64,000 nt of DNA, taken from IMG/VR virus record IMGVR_UViG_3300036985_006427, positions 45,966-109,965 of that record, one strand, 5' to 3'. This DNA comes from a virus. The stretch's first letter is position 1. Every line of letters starts with the position of its first letter. Below, in pieces: positions 1 through 11,600 of this stretch. Below the pieces are notes generated by a model. That model was not told the origin of the DNA, searched no databases, and was given only the letters and a program-made list of their open reading frames with translations. The translations under genes and the position numbers were made by a program.

Positions 1-3000
1 AGAAGCAGATATTAACTTCACACCTGAGAATACTATGTTTTGATCACAATCTTCAGTGCAGCAACCGCTATTGTTTGGATACCAAGCTGGTCCACACATT
101 CCGTATTCCCATTCTTCGAATGTTCTTGGAACAGGAATAGATTGATTAGAACCAGTTTTAATAACTAGCGTGGTCTTATAAGCAAGCGATGGCAATAGCT
201 GATCAAACTTTCTTATTCCATAGTAATTTCCGCTATATCCAAATCCACCTGCGAAATTAATTGCTCCAGAGTTTGTGTACGTATTCTTTGCTCTGAAGAT
301 GCCTCCATCATTGCATGTTTCTTGTCTCCACGTAATGCCGTCAGTAACCAAAGCTTTATCTATAGCTTTGCTTGGACTGTCTCCTGTGCATGATCCATAA
401 CCTATTAAATCTACACCTCTGATTTCATTGTTTGCAGGCAGAAATGCAACATGATTGTCTGCAAGTTCTATTGGAGATCCATAGCTACTGCTGTTCCATA
501 CAGCCAAAGAAGATCCAAAATTAGAGCTATAGTTTGCTGTTACAAAATTTAGAGATCCAGTCAACAAGGATTTAACCAAAGGATTATGCACATACAAAGG
601 CATAGATTGATTTATAATGTTTGGAGCGTTTATGTACAAAGGCATAGAATGTGAGCGTCGTGTGGACACTCCTTGATTATGACCAACAATGGTCAATCCG
701 ATCACTCCACTGGCACTGCCTTTTTGTCTGTTCAATTGCTGGTTATGTAAAAATAATGGCAATGAAGATAAAACGCCCACGTTTCCAGAAGAAGCGAATA
801 GATTAAGATTTAATACTGGACCTTCTGGTTTACCTGCCAACTCTATATTGACCAGAGTCAATGGCATACCAAAGAAACTACCAACAGATGTATTTGGGTT
901 TCCGTCATCTGATGTATCGAGCATACCTAAAACTTTAGGCATAGATAAAGACAAGCCGCTACTCAGCGATGTTGGTAATTCTCCGCTGATATTTAAATTA
1001 AAATAGCTGTATCCAGATTGAGGAGGTATAAATAGATTCAATGAATTAGATTCAGTGAAAGCTCCACTTACATTCAAGAAAAATCCAGATGGATGATCTA
1101 CTTCATTGAAGATATTATACGGTATAGGAACCTGAACTATCAACGGTAGTATTCCACTGTTTTCTCTTGGGAAACCGCCAATGTTAAGATTGATTTGGCT
1201 AGAAGCCGGGAAAGCTCCACTAACATTCATATTGAATGTGCCGGAAGAACCCAGTGCCAAAATATTAGCATCTACCATTCTCACATGAGAAGAGTGCATA
1301 TCTATTCTAGATTCAAATGCTGGTCCAGAAGGATAAACCAGATCGTATTGAACGAACATTTGATTTACATCGTCTTTGAAATATCTTTCTGAAAAATCTT
1401 TTAACCTTGGTTCTTTTGGGAATACAGCCCAAGGCTCTGTTTCATCGATTAGATCTTCATAATCAAATGTAGATTCTAACTTAACAAAACAGCTAGACGG
1501 TTCGATGTAATGAATTTTTCTGTTTACCAATCCCCAATTCGGCTCTTCTGTTGTCCAATATGGGTCTTGTTTCTTTGTGTACAAGCTAACTATAAACTTT
1601 GGACCAGATGGAGCGATTGTTTCACAAGATGGCCACTTTATTCCATCTCCAAATTTATGCTCAACAATAGTTTCTACAACGAGGGCTCGTTCAGAAAATT
1701 TATATCCAACTGGTATGCTCTTGGTTATTCTTCTGTTGACTGCGTAAAAATTATCCACAACGTCAGATAAATGAAATCTTAAAAAGTCATTTTCTATCTG
1801 AGTATGGTAAGCTACAGTGTTATCCACAGATGTTGGCAGCGTTATATTTGTCTTGTCTGAATATCCAATGCCATCGCTTTTCAAATTAAAGGAAATCAGA
1901 TCACGACCTGTGCGTTTTGTCAAGAAGTCAAACGAAGCGTCAAATTGGCAATATTTAAAGTCACCTACGTGCCAATCATTGTGCGTATCTTCGTCAACGT
2001 TTTGCCATAATGTAAATCTATCGTTGGTGTGTGATTCAGAAGGATTCCATAGTTTAACTCTTTGATTTGCTAAAAATACATCTGCACTAGTTTCTTTGAG
2101 TTGTAAATCTGGATCTGATTGGACTATTTTACAACCAGACGCAAGACCAAACTCACTAACAAACATATTCATGCCAACACCAGAACCAGTAGAAAACCCT
2201 ACTGTAACATCGCTGTCTCCGACATAGATATCAAACGGAGTAGAAGTAGCACGCAATGTATTCCAAGGATAAGCAAATTCGTTGTCTGTATATAATTTTA
2301 ATTCACTCAAATCCTTATCGTTATAAGTAAGAATAACTGCAAGTGGATATTGATATTCTGAATAATGAGCAGTGTCAGTTATTTTAATGATATTTCCAGT
2401 TGTGCTCCGAGCTAAACCGCAGAGATAACCGTTTTCGTAAGATATAGCAAACTCTAATTGTCTTCCTCCATGAGCATTGTGGAGACCCCATTTAGACACA
2501 AGTACTCCGCTATTAAATAAATTATAACCAACACCGCTTACATTTACGTCTGGTGTAAATTTAATATAAGAAACAAATCCATCGGAAGTATCTAAAGAAT
2601 GATTAAAATCAATATAAGAGTTTTGTCCGCTAATTCTTACTATGTTGTTAAAAGCATCTGAAATCTGACCGTATAGCTGATCACTTGTAAAATTAGCCGC
2701 TCCATTGCTTAAAGACGTCCAGTCGGTAGTTTGGTAAGAGGTACTATAACCCGGCAACTGATTGTTGAATATTGTAGGGTTAGTAAATCTCCAACCAATG
2801 TTTTTATATCTATATTGACCATTACCATAAGTTGTGTGTAAAACACCGCCATTTCCGGTGTTATTGTGTGGATTTATTGTATGACCATCATCATAATCAA
2901 AATCATAAAAACCAAAATTAAATGGAGAATCTAACAATGGATTATAGAATGAAAAACCAAACATGTTGGGATGGAAATCCCCTTGTGTTAGACCTTCCAT

Positions 3001-5604
3001 TCCTTTCCATCTTCGAGCGTAGTTGGTTCTTATTGTATTTGGTGAACCATAAGCATGGGGAATGTTTTGTATTCTAGATATTGGCCCATATCCAGATCCA
3101 GCGTTGAGTACGCTATCATAAGATTGCATACCAGAAGGATACAAAGCGGCTTCAGATCTTCCGTCTTGAGTTTTGCCAAACTTCTCTCCACCCTGAGTGT
3201 ACAGATTTATAGCATTAGCAGGAGCATATCTCACGCACAATTCGGCGTATCCAATAGCTGCACCGCTTGGCAATGGGAATATATCAAGGTATACATTTTC
3301 TAAGAAAGAGCTAAGACTATAATCTCTAGACAACCCCAGCTTTACTTTATCGTCAAGTATAACCAAAGGTATTTCATAAAGTTGAAAACCCGTACTGTTA
3401 ACAACTGGGTATTGAGACAATCTATAATGATCGTTTCCGCTTGATTCAAAGTAAGTGTCATTTTCAGACAATGAACCACCACCGATTGTTCTGTCTGAAT
3501 CACCTCGGTAAAATCCAGACAGCACAGGGTAGTTGCCAATGTTAGAAACGAAAGTGTCATTCAAGAAAATTCCAGATGGATCTTGAATAAATCCGCCAGA
3601 CGGAGGTGTTACAAACAATAAATCGTCGTTGCTGTACCCTACAACGTCCAAGATATAATCTCGGCTACCAACCTGTTTCTTAGCAAGAACTTTGAGTGTT
3701 AGAGATTCAACGTTATAAAAACAAATATCTTCTTGAATATTTTCAATACGTTTTTCTACACTGAATGCTCCAGTTGGTTTCCACCATGTTGTGTTTGTCC
3801 CTTGATCAAATGAGAAGTTAAAATCACCATTTGTAATTTCATCTACTTTGTTGTATCCGGTTTGAAACTTTAAAATCAACTTTCCAGAATTCGCTATGTT
3901 TCCACCGCTGGTTGATTGCAATTTGATGAATCTATCGGCATTTTTAACATTCAATATATTTATTAATTCTTTAGAGCCACAAACGTCTTGATTTGTTGCT
4001 CCTATTGGATATCCAGCAGTTATCGTTGTGTCATCTGCCCATACATTGTTGTTGACAGAAGGATAAATGGTTGTATCGTACGTATTGATAGCTATGAACG
4101 TTGGATTGATGCTTCTCTCTAGCCTTCGTCCAATTTCTCTCACAGGTATGCGGAATGGTAAATAATTCTCTAACCTTGGACCATACCCGCCACTGTTGCA
4201 AATTTCTACTGCTGATATTCTGAATCCTCTGGTAGGATTTATAAATCTTGTTTCATTGCTTGATAAAGGTTGTCCATCAATCGCCAAGTAGCTGTTGCCA
4301 TTGTTGCTAAGTATCTCTGGAATAATATAATTTTCTTCAAAACCATCATCGAAACCCTTGTTGAAGGGATCGTCTAATGAGACAGCTCTTACGCTAAAAG
4401 ACAATTGATATCCACTCACCTTATGCATATGAGGAATGGTTCGCTGCCAGTCGTATTTTTCATTTATAACATTTATTTGAGGAAGAGATGAATACGTAGT
4501 AAAGTTAGAGTATTCTTCTGTGGAATCGCCTCTCATCTGAATGTCATTGTATTTAACTATCAAATTTCCAGATGGGTCAGATAATTTAATGTTATATAAT
4601 GTATACAGGGGTGGAAGTTTAGACTCATAATTATACAGAGGTGTTGCTACTCTTATTCTAAAAGAAGAGCGTTCAGGTCTGACATACATATCAGTAAGTT
4701 CGCACTTGTACTGAAAAAGACCCTCTGTATGAAAAGTGTTTGGTTCAATGTAGGAGTTTTTGTCATCAGACAATAAGTTGGAATCTCCACGATCTTTCAA
4801 GACGCCTTCATAAATACCTTCATCTATATTGGACCATAAGTTTGTTGACTCTAAAGACGGTCCAGCAAAAGTTCCAAACCCACTGTCTATCGGCAGATCG
4901 TTTGATGGATACAGTTTGCCTTGACAGTAAAAGTCCCCAAAATCACCCGCTACCTTGTCTGTTATTGTGTTTATGATATTAGCTTCGCCGGTTATCACTT
5001 GTGACAATACATAGCTAGCCTTGATGCTGTTGAGAATATCTGACGAACCTATGATTTCTGACACAAGGCTTATGTAAGAACTAAAAATAGTTGATATGTC
5101 AGCTACACCAACAATACTTGCTCCTCCAACAGACTTAGCGGTCACCATGTTCGGAGCGGTGGCGTTAGCGTATCCAAAAACACTTGGATCTACAGCAGGA
5201 GGATTGCTCAGCAAGCCAAGGTTTGGACCGTCATAAAAAAATAAAACTGATCCATTTTCGAATTTTTGGATCACATTGGATGAAATCTTGACAAACTGAT
5301 TTGGAGAAACTTCATACGACAACTCTATATTCCAGCCTTCATCGATAAGATCTTTGTACTGACAGGTGTTTGCAGAACATCCAGATAGAGTGTATAATGG
5401 TCCACTTCCAGCCAATGAATTTTTATCGAAATAAACAATTATTTGCTGTGGAGGCGCTGCTATTTTAGAAAACGTATTGAATGAGGCTGATAAAGCAGCT
5501 TCATTGAGTGTCATTGTAGCAAGAAGCTCACCTCCTCCGGGACAGGTGGCTGAGGTTCCTTTTATACAACAACATTCCAAACTCTTCAAGAACGGTTCTG
5601 ACAT
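1..5604 (-). CDS. Very large virion/tail-tip protein, 3'-truncated by window edge (>1868 aa), possibly with a LamG/ConA-like domain
   Basis: Absent from the ORF track because no stop falls in the window. ATG at 5604 (MSEPFLKSLECC...) directly follows the tape-measure stop. Spot-checked codons are open down to position 1 (...CTEDCDQNIVFSGVKLISAS), and the track lists no stop-terminated ORF in this frame. Confidence 0.8.
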   Translation of the reverse strand, partial: MSEPFLKSLECCCIKGTSATCPGGGELLATMTLNEAALSASFNTFSKIAAPPQQIIVYFDKNSLAGSGPLYTLSGCSANTCQYKDLIDEGWNIELSYEVSPNQFVKISSNVIQKFENGSVLFFYDGPNLGLLSNPPAVDPSVFGYANATAPNMVTAKSVGGASIVGVADISTIFSSYISLVSEIIGSSDILNSIKASYVLSQVITGEANIINTITDKVAGDFGDFYCQGKLYPSNDLPIDSGFGTFAGPSLESTNLWSNIDEGIYEGVLKDRGDSNLLSDDKNSYIEPNTFHTEGLFQYKCELTDMYVRPERSSFRIRVATPLYNYESKLPPLYTLYNIKLSDPSGNLIVKYNDIQMRGDSTEEYSNFTTYSSLPQINVINEKYDWQRTIPHMHKVSGYQLSFSVRAVSLDDPFNKGFDDGFEENYIIPEILSNNGNSYLAIDGQPLSSNETRFINPTRGFRISAVEICNSGGYGPRLENYLPFRIPVREIGRRLERSINPTFIAINTYDTTIYPSVNNNVWADDTTITAGYPIGATNQDVCGSKELINILNVKNADRFIKLQSTSGGNIANSGKLILKFQTGYNKVDEITNGDFNFSFDQGTNTTWWKPTGAFSVEKRIENIQEDICFYNVESLTLKVLAKKQVGSRDYILDVVGYSNDDLLFVTPPSGGFIQDPSGIFLNDTFVSNIGNYPVLSGFYRGDSDRTIGGGSLSENDTYFESSGNDHYRLSQYPVVNSTGFQLYEIPLVILDDKVKLGLSRDYSLSSFLENVYLDIFPLPSGAAIGYAELCVRYAPANAINLYTQGGEKFGKTQDGRSEAALYPSGMQSYDSVLNAGSGYGPISRIQNIPHAYGSPNTIRTNYARRWKGMEGLTQGDFHPNMFGFSFYNPLLDSPFNFGFYDFDYDDGHTINPHNNTGNGGVLHTTYGNGQYRYKNIGWRFTNPTIFNNQLPGYSTSYQTTDWTSLSNGAANFTSDQLYGQISDAFNNIVRISGQNSYIDFNHSLDTSDGFVSYIKFTPDVNVSGVGYNLFNSGVLVSKWGLHNAHGGRQLEFAISYENGYLCGLARSTTGNIIKITDTAHYSEYQYPLAVILTYNDKDLSELKLYTDNEFAYPWNTLRATSTPFDIYVGDSDVTVGFSTGSGVGMNMFVSEFGLASGCKIVQSDPDLQLKETSADVFLANQRVKLWNPSESHTNDRFTLWQNVDEDTHNDWHVGDFKYCQFDASFDFLTKRTGRDLISFNLKSDGIGYSDKTNITLPTSVDNTVAYHTQIENDFLRFHLSDVVDNFYAVNRRITKSIPVGYKFSERALVVETIVEHKFGDGIKWPSCETIAPSGPKFIVSLYTKKQDPYWTTEEPNWGLVNRKIHYIEPSSCFVKLESTFDYEDLIDETEPWAVFPKEPRLKDFSERYFKDDVNQMFVQYDLVYPSGPAFESRIDMHSSHVRMVDANILALGSSGTFNMNVSGAFPASSQINLNIGGFPRENSGILPLIVQVPIPYNIFNEVDHPSGFFLNVSGAFTESNSLNLFIPPQSGYSYFNLNISGELPTSLSSGLSLSMPKVLGMLDTSDDGNPNTSVGSFFGMPLTLVNIELAGKPEGPVLNLNLFASSGNVGVLSSLPLFLHNQQLNRQKGSASGVIGLTIVGHNQGVSTRRSHSMPLYINAPNIINQSMPLYVHNPLVKSLLTGSLNFVTANYSSNFGSSLAVWNSSSYGSPIELADNHVAFLPANNEIRGVDLIGYGSCTGDSPSKAIDKALVTDGITWRQETCNDGGIFRAKNTYTNSGAINFAGGFGYSGNYYGIRKFDQLLPSLAYKTTLVIKTGSNQSIPVPRTFEEWEYGMCGPAWYPNNSGCCTEDCDQNIVFSGVKLISAS

Positions 5605-5608
5605 TTTG

Positions 5609-8600
5609 TTAACCTAATACAGAGTTAGTTTTCTTTAAATCACCGGATGTGTTTGTCTTAAACTGCGATATTTGTTTTCCTACTTCGGTCAACAATTCTT
5701 GCTTTATGTCTTCTTTCATTGTTTCTAAGAAAGAAGCTCCATTAAAGTTAACATTGATATTCGTTGTATCTAAAGCTACTTGGAATTTACTTCCTATAAG
5801 CTTGTCTACGGTCGCAGCGAAATTATTGAATATAGTTGTTAACTGTGGTATCGCTGCACTGAATGCGCTGCCTACACCATCTACCGCTCCTCCAACGTTA
5901 TAATATCGAGCTTTACCTCCACCGCTCATTGCTCCGGGAGCACTCGCTCCACCACCTTTGTTCATAGCTTGTAGTATCTGTAAATTATTGCCACGTTGAA
6001 CTGACGATCTGTTGACCACAAATTCTCCCGGAGTCAACATAGCCGGAACGGTATCTGTTCCACGCGGAACGAACATTCCTCTGTTCGCATAAACTGGACC
6101 TCCTCTGTAAAGACCCGGAGGAGCAGGTGCCGCAGCAGGTGCTTGAGCTGGAGCAGCAGCAGCGCCACCTAAAGCTTGGTTTAATTGTTTGCCAATGTCT
6201 CCAATTGTAAGTTCTTGAGCATAAACAATTGCTTGTTTAGTATTAACTTCTGCTCTTTCAAATTCGGCTGCTTGTTGACCAAGTTGACCAAGTGTTGTCG
6301 CTAATTCTCTACCTTCAGCTTTCTTAGCTTGCTCTTCGGTTGTTGTGCCAGATAGTACACCCGTTGATTGAACTCCGAAACGTTGCAGCGTTAAATCTTC
6401 TGCTCTTCTTTTTTTATCATCCGATAAGCCTTGTCCCTCAAGGGTTTTGAAACCAGCTCCCAACGCTGAACCACTAAACAAACTAGTCAAAGCAGAGCTT
6501 CCGCTCGCTAGTGCAGCACCAGCTCCAGCAGCCGCTTGTTTTTCTAAAAACCCTTCTATGTCACCGCTTATGAGTGATTCGAGAGAATCCTTTTCTGCTT
6601 GATTTTTTCTTTGAATTAATTGAAGTTCTTCTTTTCTAGCTTCAATTTCTTGTTTTGTTTGTGAGATTAAATCTTGTTGTAACGCTTTCAGTCTTTCTCT
6701 AGTGTCTTCTTCCGCTCCAGCGCCACCAGAAAAAGCTCTTTCTCCAGACACTGCGCCAGCTCTAGCTCTTTCTTCTAGTTGTAAGAATTGATTGCTAATA
6801 TCAGCGGATACGCTTTGAATATCACCAGCGTTGCCAGTTTGAAGACCACGCACACCAACAGCCTCAGCGCCAACATTGAAGCTTGCAACTCTAGCTTGTT
6901 GTTTTTCGCCTGCTGTTAAAGCTTTACCACCAAACTCTTCAAAGATCTTGCCAGCCTCTAGTTGTAATTCTATAGCCCTTCTTTGTGCTGCTACATATTC
7001 TTGTTCAGATGCTATACGTTGTTGAATTCCCTTGATCAGTAATTGCTCTGCCTCTGAGCGTTTTTGAAGAACACCAAGAACTTCTTTGTTGAATGCATCA
7101 CTAGTTTTTTGCAATGCTTCTCTTAATGGACCAAAATTTCCAGCTTGAATTTCAGCAAGATCTTCTCCGTTAAACTTAGAGCTTGCTTCGTCAAGACCAG
7201 CATTAATTCTTGTTGCCACTTCAGGATCTAATCCGGCGGTCAATTCTTCACTGAGTATCCTTGATATTTCTTGTGGAGTTGCTCCCGCCGGTCCTTTTTC
7301 CGTTAATTTCTTTTGTATGTTTGCAAAAGAATCTGAATCTTTATTTAGTCTAGAAAAGGCAGTGTTGAAACCTTTAGCTGCACCACTCGCGTTACCTATG
7401 GCAGCCTCACTAGCTCCAGCTTCACGCAAAGTACCTTCTAGTGTTGCAATGGCTCCATCTAATTCCTTTGCTGACAAAGTGCCAGCAGCGCTAGTCAATG
7501 CGGTCTGTAAGATATCTAATGAATCACCAAACTTATCTCCAACCTGATCTATAGTTAATAATTTCGATAATTTTTTGTTTGTAGCATCCAATGAATCAGA
7601 AAGTGTTCCAAGGCCAAAGTTAGTAGCTTTGATAAGAGCTAATTGTCTTATGGCTTGCTCTTTAGCGGCTTTCAAAGACTGTTTACCAGCTTCTTCTCTT
7701 TGTTTTTCAAATCCTCTAATTTTAATTTCTTGTTGTTCAAGATCTGAAAATACTCTGGCTCCCGGTCCTTGTGATTGCTGCACATTTGCGTCAATTCTAG
7801 CTTGCTCTGCTGGAGAAAATTGTGAAGTAGTAGCAGCTTTAAATGCTGAATTATCGGTAACAGTCCTTTCAGCTTCGTCCGCCGTTGCTCCTCTCATGAT
7901 CTGATCCGCAAGAACATTACCAAACATTGGTAATTGTTCCATAAATGCAGTAGTAGCTTTTTCTTGGTCTGGAATTTGTTCTTTCAAAGCTTCGGCTCTT
8001 TTTTTGTCGTTAGACTTATCCAATTGCCCCTGAAGCATACTGCCAACCAAAGCACCCAAAGGACCAGCAATAGCTAATCCAGCCATAGTTGAGGCTCCTT
8101 CCAGAGCCCAGAATGAATTATTAACATCTTCAATTCTTGAATTGCTCAAAGCTATGGATTGTGCAAGAACACCAAACTCATTGTTTAAATTACCAGTTAA
8201 ATTGCCTTTCGTAAATTCATCGGTTAAAGTGCTAGATCCAGACTCTACACGTTGCATAGCCATAGCGACATCGTTGGCGTTTTTAGAAGCTTCGTTTTCC
8301 TGTTTCTTTCTGGCGGCAGCTAATCTAGCTTCTTGTTTAACTGTATCTGTACTTGGACCTAATCCAAAGAATGCTAAAGTTTTTCTAAAGGCATTTAATG
8401 GTCCTTCTAACAGCCCAAACGCATCAGCTAATTTAAGACCAATCGCAACAATACCAATCGTAACACCAACTAGCACACCTAATGGTCCACTGACAGCAAT
8501 TAAAACACCAGCTAAAATTCCAAGAGCTATAGTTACTTTATTTACTATGTTAGAATTTGCAGACGCTACAGCCGTTTCTCCAGCTTTTGCGACATTGCCT

Positions 8601-11600
8601 TGCTCAATAGCCTTTTTAGCTTTTTCATGCACGCCTGTTAAAGAATCAACAGCTTTAGTTAAAGCAAAAGCAGCTATACCGCCAGCAGCAAACCCAGCAA
8701 TCAATGGACCAAGTACTGGACCAGAACGGGCAAGTACTTTACCTAGCTGTGGACCTAATTTAGTTAGTTGGGAGCCGAATTTACCTAATCGACCCGGAAA
8801 TTTTTCTAATATCTCTCCTGCTTTTTTAACTCCGCTTTCCAAACCACTGTTCTTGGCTCCAACTTGTAAGCCAGCACCTACTCTGGAAGATTTACCACGG
8901 AAGAATTGACCAATGTCTTTCAGTCCTGCTGCGTTTAATTTTAGACCAAAAGCTTGAGCAGCAGCAGCAGCACCAAGTAATCCTGCAAGAAGTGTTTGCA
9001 AACCACCCACTAACCCATCGGCAAATTTTGCAAGAGCGCTGCTATTTTCATCAATTTGTGGTTTTAAATAACCTAAGCCGCCAATAACAGCAGACACCCC
9101 AACAGATAACTTCAGAAGGTAATCATCATCTTTTTTTCGTGTTTTACCTGTTGGTGGACTAGTTGGAGATGTTCCTGTGCCAGTTCCAGCGTTTGGACTA
9201 GTCGGACTAACTGGAGGACAAGGACACACCGGAGGAACTACTTGAGGAGTTGCTGCGGGTAGACTAGTTGGATACCCTAGCCCTCCCGGTTTTGGATTGG
9301 TAGTTGCTGCGGGTGGAATAATGACTGGAGGTTTTACCGTAGTCATTGCCGGGTTTCGTCTTTGCACTGAACTTGGCTTCTTGCCTAAGGCTAATTTAGC
9401 TGCATTTTCTTGAACTCCAGCAGCCTTGATAGCTTGAGCGTTTGTCTGTAATTCTGCTGTGACCTTATCTCTAATTTCCTTTCCTCTTTTTAAAGATTCT
9501 TCTTCTCGCTGTAAAGCAGCGTTTGTATCTTTTAGATTTTTATCCATCACTGTGGATTCTTTCAGAAGATCATTCAGCTTTTTCGCATGCTCATCTTGAG
9601 CCTTCCTGTGGGTTCGTAAAGCCTTTTTATATTCGTTTAAATCTTTCTCGACCGATTCTTTGCTATCACCAAAATCCTTGAAACCATTTGGACCAGATTT
9701 TTTTCTAAGAGCAAGTTTACGTTCTTCAATTTTTGCTTTAATTTCTGCTTCATTTAATGGTTTCGAGGAACCTCTAACATCAACAGTAGTTTTAAGATCT
9801 TTTACTGAAGTTAGATCGGCAAATTCCTTTGTTTTTAAATCTATAGCGGATTCTTGTTCAGCCTTCTTTGCTTTTAAAGAGCCGACAGTAATCTCTTTTT
9901 TGGATATGCTTGATGAGATACCAACCTGTTGTCTTTGTAAATTACCCCTATCTTTTTGCAAATTTTGTCTAGTTACTTTTGCTGCATCTCTCATAGCTTC
10001 AAGCTCTGCTTTAGTAGGAGACACTGGAAGAACTGCCGGAGTAGTAGCCACTGGAGGTGCTGCAGTAACTGGCGGAGTAGTAGCCACTGGAAGAACTGCC
10101 GGAGTAGTAGCCACTGGAGGTGCTGCAGTAACTGGCGGAGTAGTAGCCACTGGAGGAACTGCCGGAGTAGTATCCACTGGAGGTGCTGCAGTAACTGGCG
10201 GAGTAGTAGCCACTGGAGGTGCTGGTACAGCAGCTTCTGGTGCAGGAGGTTCTGGCTGTTTAGGAGTTGGAGTTCCTAAAAATTCAGCAGCTTTCTTTTC
10301 TTTTACGTTAGCCTCTTGTGTGAGTTTAGCGTTTTTCTCTAAGTTAGACTGAAGCTTATCTCTAATTCTAATCGAACTATTTAAACTATCCTGTTCTCGC
10401 TTTAAAGAATCTGCTGTCTTTTTTAACGAGTCTTTGAGATCTGTTTCTTGTTCTTCAAGCTTCTTGGTTTGTAAATGAGCAGAAGCCATATCTTTAGCCA
10501 AAGATTGAAGATTACCTTTTAATAGTTCTAAATCCTTTGTTACAAAATCTCTACCTCCAAGGAGTTCAAGCTCACCAGAATCTCCGTTAAGAGCAGATTC
10601 ACGTTTCTTAATTTCACTTTTTATATTGACAGAGGTTTGTACGTCGGACTTTCTTTTCCTCTTATTCACATAAATGTCATCACTCACTGACGTCAGAGTA
10701 GATATTTGTTCATTCCTCTGAGCATCTAAAGCGTTTATATTACCTTGTTTTTCAGTTATGTCACCAGAAACATGAGCCTGACCGCTTTTTAACCCATCTC
10801 GTTTCTTTTCTAATTCTGCTCTAGTTTCGATTGCCGCTTTGTGAATAGCTTCAACGTCTGATGTTAAATCCTCTGCAGATAATCCAGCAAAACCTTCACC
10901 ACTCTTTTTTAACTCCTCGGCCATCGCAATCATAGCTAATTCAGCGTCACCAGTACTTGCTAATATAGATTGTGCAGCAGTATTAGAGCCTGCAAACAAA
11001 TTAGCAAAAACTTCTCTGTTTTGACCAGCATAGTTTTCAATAAAATTTAAACTAGCACCAGTCTTTTTCATAGACGTTACAAGAGCTTGAGTTATTTTAT
11101 CTGTTATTTGCTTTTGAAAAGTACCTTCTTTTTCGCTAGCATAACCAGAACCTCCTCCACCAATCTTGTCTCCAGCAGCAACATCCACTAAATGACCAAC
11201 CTCATGATCTATTGTTCCTGTTGTTGCTTTATCCTTGGCTGTCTTAACTTGAAATACACGCTCATTTTTGTCGTTTCCACCAGCTCTAAACTGACCGTAG
11301 GATGAACCACCATCAATATTGTCAACAATCCCACTTTTGTACTCTTCAGTACCTTGACCCTTTTCAATTCCGTCTAATATTGCTTTCTTTATATCTTCTG
11401 GTAGATGATTCGTTACTTTTTTGAATGCCTTACCGAAATCTTCGGCGGTCTTTACTTTATCTTTTCCACCAACCCGTGCTCGCACGATATCTTTAGCAGC
11501 TTCGTCAGTCGCTAGACCTCCAACTTCAAAACGATTCCAACCGCCTCCAACCGAACCGCCCTTGGCGAATTTAGCAACACCCTGCTTGTTCATTCGGTTA

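Noticed and set aside
1-5600. Apparent 5.6-kb non-coding region or stop-codon recoding
   Set aside because: It is one minus-strand ORF whose stop lies outside the window; other genes read fully in the standard code.
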